This document shows positions 36,780 to 44,673 of a DNA stretch of 64,000 bases, in pieces (the stretch's first letter is position 1; each line of letters begins with the position of its first letter). The position numbers and the translations under genes are program-made. Source of the DNA: Clostridia bacterium. GTDB lineage: Bacteria; Bacillota; Clostridia; Christensenellales; Aristaeellaceae. The stretch lies in contig JAGBEX010000033.1 in the NCBI GenBank assembly GCA_017936765.1, positions 13,040 to 77,039 on the forward strand, in the 5' to 3' direction. Under the pieces are notes generated by a model. That model saw only the letters and a list, made by a program, of their open reading frames with translations. It made no database searches and was not told the origin of the DNA.

Positions 36780-37598
36780 GTGAAGGTTATGCAACAGAAA
36801 AAGAAAGCCAAGAAGATCGCGCCGGTGACCAAGCCCTTTATGAAAGGCAGCATTTATGACAGCGGAACCATCAAGAGCGCCATTTATTTTTACTTTGGAC
36901 TGCTGCTGATGGTGCTGGCCAATCTGCTGCTGGGCAGCATGGCGGCCTGGGATATCGCCTGGCTGAACATTGTGTTCAATGCTGTGCTGGTGCTGATGAT
37001 CTATGCGGTGTTCTATGCCAATGGCGCCAACAAGGGTACCGCCGCGGTGAACCATGGCGAAATGATGCTGCAGCGCCAGGAATCCGGCCGTACGGTGGAT
37101 GCCAAGGATCGCGCGGCCTGCTACCATCCCGGCAAGGGTTTCCTGATCGGCGTGCTGGGTTCCATTGCGCTGCTGGGCTGCGCGGTGGTGCTGGCCGTGA
37201 CGGCCAAGCTGCAGTACAGCGGTATGGGCGCGCTGCCCAGCTGGATCAACACCCTGCAGCGCCAGCCTGAAATGCAGGCGGCCCTGGCTTACTATAATCA
37301 GCCTGCGGTGCTGACGGTGGAGGACATCACCCGTCTGCTGGTGCGGCTGCACATCCTGCCCTATGTGAACATGGTGGGTTCCACCAACCGTGCAGGCCTG
37401 TTGCTGCTGGAGCGCCTCAGCCCGGTGATCGCCCTGCTGCCTGCCCTGAGCTATGGCCTGGGCTACACCCAGGGTGTGCGGATGCGCACCCGCGTACATA
37501 CCGACATTGCTGCCGGCAAGCGCAAGCGCGCCCAGAAGGAGCGCCGCCAGCGTCAGGCTCGCGTGAAGGCCGCCAAGGGGCCGGAGCAGCTGAACTAA
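36780..37598 (+). CDS. Hypothetical membrane protein with polybasic N- and C-termini
   Basis: About four predicted TM helices and a C-terminal AAGKRKRAQKERRQRQARVKAAKG tail. I recognise no family. The start is GTG 36780 or ATG 36789. Confidence 0.5.
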   Translation: MKVMQQKKKAKKIAPVTKPFMKGSIYDSGTIKSAIYFYFGLLLMVLANLLLGSMAAWDIAWLNIVFNAVLVLMIYAVFYANGANKGTAAVNHGEMMLQRQESGRTVDAKDRAACYHPGKGFLIGVLGSIALLGCAVVLAVTAKLQYSGMGALPSWINTLQRQPEMQAALAYYNQPAVLTVEDITRLLVRLHILPYVNMVGSTNRAGLLLLERLSPVIALLPALSYGLGYTQGVRMRTRVHTDIAAGKRKRAQKERRQRQARVKAAKGPEQLN

Positions 37599-37610
37599 AG
37601 GAGGCGGCTC

Positions 37611-38159
37611 ATGCGCATCATTGCAGGAGAGGCCCGGGGTCGCACCATTGAAGCGCCCAAGGGTCGTGACACCCGCCCCACGCTGGACCGGGTGCGGGAG
37701 AACCTGTTCAACATTCTTCAGCGCAAGACCTGGGACGCAAAGGTGCTGGATCTGTTTTCCGGCAGCGGCGCGCTGTCCCTGGAGGCGCTGAGCCGGGGCG
37801 CGGAGGCTGCCGTGCTGGTGGACTGCGACCGCGCTGCCCATGCCTGCCAGAAGCAGAATGCCGAGAAGCTGGGCTTTGCCGACCGCTGCCGCATCCTTCT
37901 GATGGACTGGCAGCAGGCGGTGCGCCAGCTGACGGCGGCGGGGGAGCGCTTCGACCTGATCTTCCTTGACCCGCCCTATGCCATGCGCGACCTGACCGGC
38001 GTGATGGGAGAACTGCTTCCGCTGCTGGCAGAGGATGCCACCATCATCGTGGAGCATGAGGCGCAGGTGATGCCCGCCACGGCGGACGGCTATGAGATGT
38101 ACGACAGCCGGAAATACGGCTATGTGGGCGTGAGCTTCTTCCGCAGGGCAGAGGCATAA
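37611..38159 (+). CDS. rsmD: 16S rRNA (guanine966-N2)-methyltransferase RsmD
   Basis: MRIIAGEARGR..., LDLFSGSGALSLEALSRGA and FLDPPY; precedes coaD as in many Firmicutes. Confidence 0.85.
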   Translation: MRIIAGEARGRTIEAPKGRDTRPTLDRVRENLFNILQRKTWDAKVLDLFSGSGALSLEALSRGAEAAVLVDCDRAAHACQKQNAEKLGFADRCRILLMDWQQAVRQLTAAGERFDLIFLDPPYAMRDLTGVMGELLPLLAEDATIIVEHEAQVMPATADGYEMYDSRKYGYVGVSFFRRAEA

Positions 38160-38176
38160 GTCGCCCATAGAAAGGC

Positions 38177-38668
38177 ATGATAGATATGGAAAGAACCTGC
38201 GTCTATTCCGGCAGCTTCGATCCGGTAACGGTGGGGCATGTGGATGTCATCCGCCGGGCGTGTGCGCTGTTTGACAGGGTGATCGTGGCTGTTTTGCACA
38301 ACCCGGCCAAGGTGGGCTGCTTTACGCCTGATGAGCGGGTGGAGATGATCCGCCGCGCCTGCAGCGATATGCCCCAGGTGGAAGCCCGCGCCTTTGACGG
38401 GATGCTGGTGGAGGCCATGGAGCAGACCGGCGCGGTGGCGGTGATCCGCGGGCTGCGCGCCATCAGCGACTACGAGTCCGAGAAGGCCATGGCGCAGATC
38501 AACGCTCAGCTGCGCCCCGGCACGGAGACCGTGTTCCTGATGACCAGGCCGGAGCATGGCCACATCTCCTCCTCGGTGGTGCGGGAGCTGGCCAGCTATG
38601 GCGCGGACATCAGCGCCTATGTGCCGGAATGCAATGTGAAAACTGTGATGAAGAAATTCAGCAAATAA
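38177..38668 (+). CDS. coaD: Phosphopantetheine adenylyltransferase
   Basis: VYSGSFDPVTVGHVDVI (T/HxGH motif). An alternative start is ATG 38186. Confidence 0.9.
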   Translation: MIDMERTCVYSGSFDPVTVGHVDVIRRACALFDRVIVAVLHNPAKVGCFTPDERVEMIRRACSDMPQVEARAFDGMLVEAMEQTGAVAVIRGLRAISDYESEKAMAQINAQLRPGTETVFLMTRPEHGHISSSVVRELASYGADISAYVPECNVKTVMKKFSK

Positions 38669-38692
38669 GCAAGTGTGAGGGAGGACAATACC

Positions 38693-39352
38693 ATGGCTAT
38701 CAATGGCAGCAGCGTGGAGCAGTGCCTGAATATCATCCGCGAGATGAACGATGTGGTGGACAACGCCCGCAAGACCCTGATCAATTCCGATGCCTGTGTG
38801 GTGAGCCGCAGCCTGCTGCAGGAGCGGCTGGCGCAGCTGGAGAGCCTTCTGCCTGAGGCGCTGACCCAGGCGGAGGGGATCATCCGCGAGGATGCGGCGC
38901 TCCGCGCCCAGACGGCGCAGGATTGCAGCGAGGCGCTGAACAATGCCCAGAACCGCGCCAAGCAGATGATCAGCGACGCTCAGAACCAGGTGGCCCAGGC
39001 GCAGGCCGAGGTGAAAAAGGCTGGCGAGGCTGCCCAGCGCACCGTGCAGGAAGCCCAGCAGCGCGCCCAGGACGAAGCCAACCGCATCGTGCAGCAGGCC
39101 AACCAGGAGGCTGCGGCCATCCGCGCCAAGGCCGAGCAGGACCGGGACGAACTGGTGTCCCACGAGAATGTGTACCGTGTGGCCACGGTGGAGGCCGAAG
39201 AGCTGCGGGAGAACACCCGCAAGGAGCTGAGCCAGATCCGTCAAAGCACCTTTGACTACCTGGACAATGTGATGGGTGAGGTGGATCGCTGCCTGACCAG
39301 CCTGAGCAATGATATCCGCATGGAGCGGGGAGAACTGAATAATCATCGTTGA
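38693..39352 (+). CDS. Coiled-coil protein (ATPase subunit-H/b-like annotation style), function unknown
   Basis: A long Q/A/E-rich heptad region (AQNQVAQAQAEVKKAGEAAQRTVQEAQQRAQDEANRIVQQANQEAAAIRAKAEQDRDEL). SD GGGAGG lies 8 nt before ATG 38693. Confidence 0.5.
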   Translation: MAINGSSVEQCLNIIREMNDVVDNARKTLINSDACVVSRSLLQERLAQLESLLPEALTQAEGIIREDAALRAQTAQDCSEALNNAQNRAKQMISDAQNQVAQAQAEVKKAGEAAQRTVQEAQQRAQDEANRIVQQANQEAAAIRAKAEQDRDELVSHENVYRVATVEAEELRENTRKELSQIRQSTFDYLDNVMGEVDRCLTSLSNDIRMERGELNNHR

Positions 39353-39527
39353 TGAATGTAACAAAGTGAACTTTCTGATGAATATTCATGATTCGTTCAT
39401 ACTGCCTTCACAAATGTGGGGTACATTGAATATGCGATCAGGAAGGACGCCACCACCTGACTGAGAGCAATCTCCTTTTTCCTGACATTCGTTTATGAAT
39501 GTCAACCTCCCTATCCTCCATACAAGC

Positions 39528-39563
39528 AAAGGCCGCCGGTTGTTCGCGCTCCGGCGGCCTTTG
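39528..39563. terminator. Bidirectional hairpin terminator
   Basis: aaaggccgccgg-ttgttcgcgct-ccggcggccttt. Confidence 0.6.
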
Positions 39564-39642
39564 TGATGCCATGGATTCCCGCGGATGGTTCCGCTGCGGC
39601 GGGACATAGTACGTTTGAAGGAAAATGCGGGAGTGGAAGTGC

Positions 39643-40599
39643 ATGAAAAAAGTGAAGGCTTCCCTGGCCATGCTGGGGATCACCGTCACGGCTGTAGCGG
39701 CGCTGCTGGGCGTCCATGCCGCCAAAGGCAGCCTGCCCACCGAGCGCGCTGCCCGGGTGGAGACCTGCCAGGTGGTTATTGGCGATGTGGAGCAGGTGCT
39801 GGCGGTGAATGGTGTGCTGCGGTATGAGATGGAGTATGGCGCCATCAGCCCGGTGACGGGGGTGGTGGCGCAGGTGTATGTGCGCCAGGGGGACAGAGTG
39901 ACGGCCGGACAGCCCCTGTTCCGGCTGAATGGCGAGGCACAGGCCATGGCGGTATCGGCAGCGCTGGCGGGGCAGGAGAGCCTGCCGGAGGTGATCCCGG
40001 CGGAGCTGGCGTCCAGCCAGCTGCAGGAGGCTGCGGCCATGCTGGAGTGCCTCACGGTGCGGGCAGCGGCGGACGGGCTGGTGCAGCAGGTGAATGTATC
40101 GCAAAATGGCGGTGTGCTGGCGGGCGGCGTGGCGGTGGCGCTGAGCGGAGAGGAACAGCGCATCCAATGCAGCGTGGTGCTGCGGGATGCGGAGAAGCTC
40201 ACGCCGGGCTTGCAGGCGAGAATATATAAGGAAGATGAACTGCTGACCATGGCGCGAGTGGAGGAGATCGCACCGGCGCAGGTGAGCAGCACCACGGGGC
40301 AAACGGTGTGCCAGGTGATGTTGGCACCGGAGCAGTCCATCGATCTGCCGCTGGGTGCCACGGTGGAGGTGGAGGTGATCCTCCACGGGCAAAGCCGGGT
40401 GCCGGTGCTGCCCTTGCAGGCGGTGAGCGAGCAAGACACCGTGTGGTGGGTGTGCGATGGCCGGGGGTATGAGATCCCGGCGGAAGTGGTGATGGCCGAC
40501 GAGGTGAACTGCTGGGTGAACCTGCCGGAGGGCGTTACGGTGGTGTGCGGCGGGGACGAAGTGAGCCAGGGACAGCGGTTGAAGGAGATGAAGCCGTGA
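39643..40599 (+). CDS. HlyD/MacA-type periplasmic adaptor (membrane fusion) protein
   Basis: N-terminal anchor, lipoyl-like VTGVVAQVYVRQGDRVTAGQPLFRL and a beta-barrel C-domain. It is coupled to the following FtsX-type permease. Confidence 0.8.
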   Translation: MKKVKASLAMLGITVTAVAALLGVHAAKGSLPTERAARVETCQVVIGDVEQVLAVNGVLRYEMEYGAISPVTGVVAQVYVRQGDRVTAGQPLFRLNGEAQAMAVSAALAGQESLPEVIPAELASSQLQEAAAMLECLTVRAAADGLVQQVNVSQNGGVLAGGVAVALSGEEQRIQCSVVLRDAEKLTPGLQARIYKEDELLTMARVEEIAPAQVSSTTGQTVCQVMLAPEQSIDLPLGATVEVEVILHGQSRVPVLPLQAVSEQDTVWWVCDGRGYEIPAEVVMADEVNCWVNLPEGVTVVCGGDEVSQGQRLKEMKP

Positions 40600-41726
40600 G
40601 GTTGCAGGATGCGGCGGGGCTTTCGGCCAGCAATCTGCAAAAGAATCCGGTGCGCACGCTGCTGACCATTCTGGGCCTGGGGGTGGGCATCGGCGCGGTG
40701 CTGACGGTGCTGACCCTGGGCAGCGCCGGGGAGGAACAGGTGGAGTTCCAGATCGCCCGGCTGGGCGTGGACAAGGTGTGGGTCACGGCGCAGGAGGAGC
40801 ATCGGCTGGAGGCAGACGCGGGGGAGGTGATCGCCGCATCCATCGGCGCACCGGCCTGCGCGGGTGCCTACACCATGGCGGCGGTGACGCTGGATGGTGA
40901 AACCGCCCTGGCACAGGTGAATGGCTACGACGCAGGCATGGAAGGCGTTCATACGCCGAATATAGTGGAAGGACGCTTGTTCAGCCGGAAGGAATACCGG
41001 GGCAGCGCGGTGGCGCTGGTGGACGAGACCATGGCGGAGACCCTGGGCGGCGATGTGCTGGGCAAGCGGGTGGACGTGGGCAGCCGGAAGGTACGCATTG
41101 TGGGAATTGTGGGCGGCATGAAGGTGCAGGCGGTTTCCGCGTCGAATGGTATGATCATCCTACCGCTGCAAACCTTTCTGGATACCTACGCCGCGGCCAG
41201 CGTCAGCGAAGTGACGGTGAGCGTCCCCAGAGGACAGCGGGCCGATACGGTGGGCGAGGCGGCGGTGGCTGCCCTGGGGGACGGCTATCAGGCAAGCTCC
41301 CTGCAGGCGGAGATCGACGCGGCACGCTCGGTGGTGCGCATCTTTGTAATGGTGCTGGCTTGCGTGGCGGCGGTGTGTATGCTCACCGGCGGCATCGGGG
41401 TGATGAACATCCTGCTGGTCAGCGTGCGGGAGAGACGCAGAGAGATCGGGCTGATCAAGGCCATTGGCGGCACCTCACGCCAGGTGGGATTGCTGTTCCT
41501 CCTGGAGGCGGTGTGCTATGCGCTGCTGGGCGGACTGCTGGGGGTGGCGCTGGGCATGGCCATGGTGCGGCTGTTTGGCAGCATGATCGGCCTGGATGCT
41601 GTGCTTGATGCACAAACCGCGGTGCCTGCGGTGCTGATCGCTGGGGCGCTGGGAATTGTGTTCGGCGTGGCGCCTGCGCTGCGGGCGGCAGGCATGGTGC
41701 CGGTGGATGCCCTGAAAACTGACTGA
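40596..41726 (+). CDS. MacB/FtsX-type ABC permease (no fused ATPase domain)
   Basis: NLQKNPVRTLLTILGLGVGIGAVL, a MacB_PCD-like extracytoplasmic domain and FtsX C-terminal helices (ERRREIGLIKAIGGT). GTG 40596 overlaps the upstream stop (GTGA). Confidence 0.8.
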   Translation: MRLQDAAGLSASNLQKNPVRTLLTILGLGVGIGAVLTVLTLGSAGEEQVEFQIARLGVDKVWVTAQEEHRLEADAGEVIAASIGAPACAGAYTMAAVTLDGETALAQVNGYDAGMEGVHTPNIVEGRLFSRKEYRGSAVALVDETMAETLGGDVLGKRVDVGSRKVRIVGIVGGMKVQAVSASNGMIILPLQTFLDTYAAASVSEVTVSVPRGQRADTVGEAAVAALGDGYQASSLQAEIDAARSVVRIFVMVLACVAAVCMLTGGIGVMNILLVSVRERRREIGLIKAIGGTSRQVGLLFLLEAVCYALLGGLLGVALGMAMVRLFGSMIGLDAVLDAQTAVPAVLIAGALGIVFGVAPALRAAGMVPVDALKTD

Positions 41727-41809
41727 AAACGATGTCATAATCGGTCAGAGGGGAACCGTATCTAACATTGTGAACAAAGAAAACCCAAAAGACTTGTCAA
41801 TTTGGCCAA

Positions 41810-41838
41810 TTCACTTTTTGGGGGAAAATAGGTATAAT
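41810..41838 (+). promoter_or_regulatory. Candidate promoter TTCACT-17-TATAAT for the MsmK-like ATPase gene
   Basis: TATAAT at 41833-41838 and a -35-like TTCACT at 41810-41815. Confidence 0.4.
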
Positions 41839-41907
41839 AATCACAGTCGAAGGGCGCAGACATCGGTTCATCGTGGCTGTGTCCGACATTCAGAGGAGGA
41901 ATTTGTT

Positions 41908-43029
41908 ATGGCAAGCGTATCTCTGCAGCACATTTACAAGGTTTATCAGGGCGGCGTTACCGCCGTGTCTGACTTCTGCCTGGACATTCAGGACAAGGAG
42001 TTCATCGTTCTGGTCGGTCCTTCCGGCTGCGGTAAGTCCACCACCCTGCGCATGGTTGCCGGTCTGGAAGAGATCTCCGACGGCGAGCTGTACATCGGCG
42101 ACAAGCTGGTGAACGACGTGGCTCCCAAGGATCGCGACATCGCCATGGTGTTCCAGAACTACGCTCTGTATCCCCATATGACCGTGTACGACAACATGGC
42201 CTTCGGCCTGAAGCTGCGCAAGACTCCCAAGGACGAGATCAAGCGCCGCGTGGAAGAAGCCGCCAAGATCCTGGACATCGCTCACCTGCTGAACCGTAAG
42301 CCCAAGGCTCTGTCCGGCGGCCAGCGTCAGCGCGTTGCCCTGGGCCGTGCCATCGTTCGTGAGCCCAAGGTCTTCCTGTTCGACGAGCCTCTGTCCAACC
42401 TGGACGCCAAGCTGCGCGTTGCCATGCGTACTGAGATCACCAAGCTGCATCAGCGCCTGCAGACCACCTTCATCTACGTTACCCATGACCAGACCGAAGC
42501 TATGACCATGGCTTCCCGCATCGTGGTTATGAAGGACGGCGTGGTGCAGCAGGTGGACACCCCCCAGAACCTCTACGATTATCCCGCCAATGAGTTCGTG
42601 GCCGGCTTCATCGGCAGCCCCCAGATGAACTTCTTCGACGTGCACCTGTCCAAGGAAGGCCAGGATGTGGTTGCTACCTTCGGCGAGAACAAGATCGTTG
42701 TACCCGGCAGCAAGGTTGCTAAGTTCATCGACGAGAGCTACATCGGCAAGGACGTTGTGATGGGCATCCGTCCCGAGAACATCCACGACGACGAGAACTT
42801 CCTGGCCACTTATGCCAACGCTTCCATCAACGTGTCTGTGGAAGTGACCGAGCAGATGGGTTCTGAGACCTACCTGTACCTGACCACCACCGGCAAGGAC
42901 GGCAACATCATCGCTCGCGTTGATCCCCGTACCACCAGCCGCGCTGGCGACAAGATCAAGGTTGCCTTCGACGTCAACCACCTGCACTTCTTCTGCAAGG
43001 AGACCGAGAAGTCCATCCTGTCCCGCTAA
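41908..43029 (+). CDS. Stand-alone sugar-ABC ATP-binding protein (MsmK/MalK/UgpC type)
   Basis: GPSGCGKST, LSGGQRQR and FLFDEPLSNLD motifs, with a C-terminal TOBE-like regulatory domain. ATG 41908 follows SD GAGGAGG. Confidence 0.9.
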   Translation: MASVSLQHIYKVYQGGVTAVSDFCLDIQDKEFIVLVGPSGCGKSTTLRMVAGLEEISDGELYIGDKLVNDVAPKDRDIAMVFQNYALYPHMTVYDNMAFGLKLRKTPKDEIKRRVEEAAKILDIAHLLNRKPKALSGGQRQRVALGRAIVREPKVFLFDEPLSNLDAKLRVAMRTEITKLHQRLQTTFIYVTHDQTEAMTMASRIVVMKDGVVQQVDTPQNLYDYPANEFVAGFIGSPQMNFFDVHLSKEGQDVVATFGENKIVVPGSKVAKFIDESYIGKDVVMGIRPENIHDDENFLATYANASINVSVEVTEQMGSETYLYLTTTGKDGNIIARVDPRTTSRAGDKIKVAFDVNHLHFFCKETEKSILSR

Positions 43030-43036
43030 GTTGCAC

Positions 43037-43072
43037 AAAAAAAGAAACCCTCGAAAGAGGGTTTCTTTTTTT
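43037..43072 (+). terminator. Rho-independent terminator after the MsmK-like gene
   Basis: agaaaccctc-gaaa-gagggtttct followed by ttttttt. Confidence 0.8.
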
Positions 43073-43486
43073 GTGAATGAAGGAATGAAGGAATTAGAGT
43101 GTGGTGCGGCGTGGGAAGTGTAAGGCGTTGGTGCAAGCGGCAGAACCACTCCTTCCGTCAGCCGCAAGCGGCTGCCACCTATCCGCAACCTCAATCGGCG
43201 CGAGCAAGCTCGCTTGTTTCGGTTGATTCGCTCAGCTCGCTCATTGTCGCCACTGGCGACGCTCGCATCGCTCACCTCGGGGAGGGAGGCTTTTGGAGTG
43301 CGTAACCATACAGGTCTCGCGTCGCGGCGCGACCGCACTCGCGCCGTGACCCCTCCTCGGAGATCACCCTCGCAACGCCATCCCCAAAGGGGAGTCCAGA
43401 GGGTCGAAGACCCTTTGGCGGTGGAGTCCAGAGGAGGCAGCGCCTCCTCTGGTAGGGTTTCCAAAGGGGCAACGCCCCTTTGGTGA
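43073..43486. repeat. Mosaic hairpin-module intergenic repeat, copy C (longest)
   Basis: Head: gaatgaag/gaatgaag/gaattaga (43075-43098) plus gtgtgg. Extra palindromes cagccgc-aa-gcggctg, gcgagc-aa-gctcgc and gtcgcc-act-ggcgac. Module gcgtcgcgg-hairpin-cgtgacccc at 43319-43353. 43391-43421 is identical to 16534-16564. Confidence 0.85.
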
Positions 43487-43526
43487 AATTTCACAAAATG
43501 TTTGCAGTTTTCGGAGAATTTTCGCT

Positions 43527-43554
43527 TTGCAGGGGTGGACGGGTGTGGTATAAT
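43527..43554 (+). promoter_or_regulatory. Promoter TTGCAG-16-TGgTATAAT for the PucR-like regulator/S41 protease genes
   Basis: TTGCAG at 43527-43532; TG at 43546-43547; TATAAT at 43549-43554. Confidence 0.5.
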
Positions 43555-43602
43555 GTATGGTAATGGAGAAGCGTGGCTTCTGGATGGAAGGAGCGATTTT
43601 GG

Positions 43603-44655
43603 GTGCTGAACAAGCATTTGCTGGATCAGATAGAGGCGGTGCTGTCGCGGTTGTCGATCCCGGTGAGTGTGATGGACAAGGATGGCGGCGCAAACCTGCC
43701 TGCGGAGGTGCGGGCATCGCTGAAGGAAATGACCGACGGTGTACCCCAGACCATGGATGGTATGCTGTATATGCCCGTGAAGCAGCCTGCGGTGATCCTG
43801 CATTGCCCGGAAAAGCTGCCCGGAGCCAGGGATGTGCTGATCCTGGGCGGTGCGCTGGTGACCAGCCTGGGCAGCGGCGAGCAGCACAGCGAGAACTGCT
43901 ATGACGTGTATCGCCGTGCGCTGCGGGGCGAGCTGGTGGGCGCTGAGCTGGAGGCGCTGAGCAACGAGCATCTGCTGCCCAGGGAAATGGAACGCTGTGT
44001 GATGGTGTTCCACATGGTGCAGACGGGGCAGGATCGCGCATTTGAGCTTTTGCGGGACATTACGCCCATGCAGGATAAGGATGTGCTGATCGACATGGAT
44101 CGGCACACGGTGGCGCTGATCAAGGACATGACCGACACCGACACCATGGACGACCTGGCGCAGTACGCCCAGGCGCTGCAGGAGACCCTGATGGGCGAGA
44201 CTGCACACCAGATGACGGTGGGCATCGGCCGGAGCCGTCATACCATCGACGAGCTTCGGGAAAGCTATGCTGAGGCCAAGCGCGCCATTGAGGTGGGGCG
44301 CATCTTCCAGCCGGAGGACAGCGTGTATGTGTTCAGCAAGCTGATCCTGGAACGCTTTTTGATGGAGCTGCCCCAGGACATCAGCGCGTATTACCACTCG
44401 CTTTTGTTCAACCGCAAGACCATGCGGTTGTTCAACGAGGAAATGCTGTACACCATCGATATGTTCTTCAAAAAGGACCTGAACCTGTCGGATACGGCGC
44501 GGCAGCTGTATATCCACCGCAACACGCTGGTGTATCGCCTGGACAAGGTGCAGCGGCAGACCGGGCTTGACCTGCGCTCCTTTGAGGATGCGGTGACCTT
44601 CAAAATTCTGATGGAATTGAAAAAGTGCGGCGGCGAAAAGCTGAACCGCAAATGA
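43603..44655 (+). CDS. PucR/CdaR-family transcriptional regulator
   Basis: C-terminal PucR-type HTH LNLSDTARQLYIHRNTLVYRLDKVQRQTGLDL. GTG 43603 lies 9 nt after AAGGAG (Val11 of the listed ORF). Confidence 0.7.
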   Translation: MLNKHLLDQIEAVLSRLSIPVSVMDKDGGANLPAEVRASLKEMTDGVPQTMDGMLYMPVKQPAVILHCPEKLPGARDVLILGGALVTSLGSGEQHSENCYDVYRRALRGELVGAELEALSNEHLLPREMERCVMVFHMVQTGQDRAFELLRDITPMQDKDVLIDMDRHTVALIKDMTDTDTMDDLAQYAQALQETLMGETAHQMTVGIGRSRHTIDELRESYAEAKRAIEVGRIFQPEDSVYVFSKLILERFLMELPQDISAYYHSLLFNRKTMRLFNEEMLYTIDMFFKKDLNLSDTARQLYIHRNTLVYRLDKVQRQTGLDLRSFEDAVTFKILMELKKCGGEKLNRK

Positions 44656-44673
44656 TGGTAGAAGGTGTTTTGA

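Noticed and set aside
39386-39607. 73-aa minus-strand ORF and a hydrophobic 24-residue frame (IALSQVVASFLIAYSMYPTFVKAV) after an AAGGAG; type I toxin?
   Set aside because: The 73-aa ORF is R/G-rich and runs through the bidirectional terminator. The hydrophobic frame has no usable start codon at a proper distance from the SD (the nearest GTG is 15 nt away).
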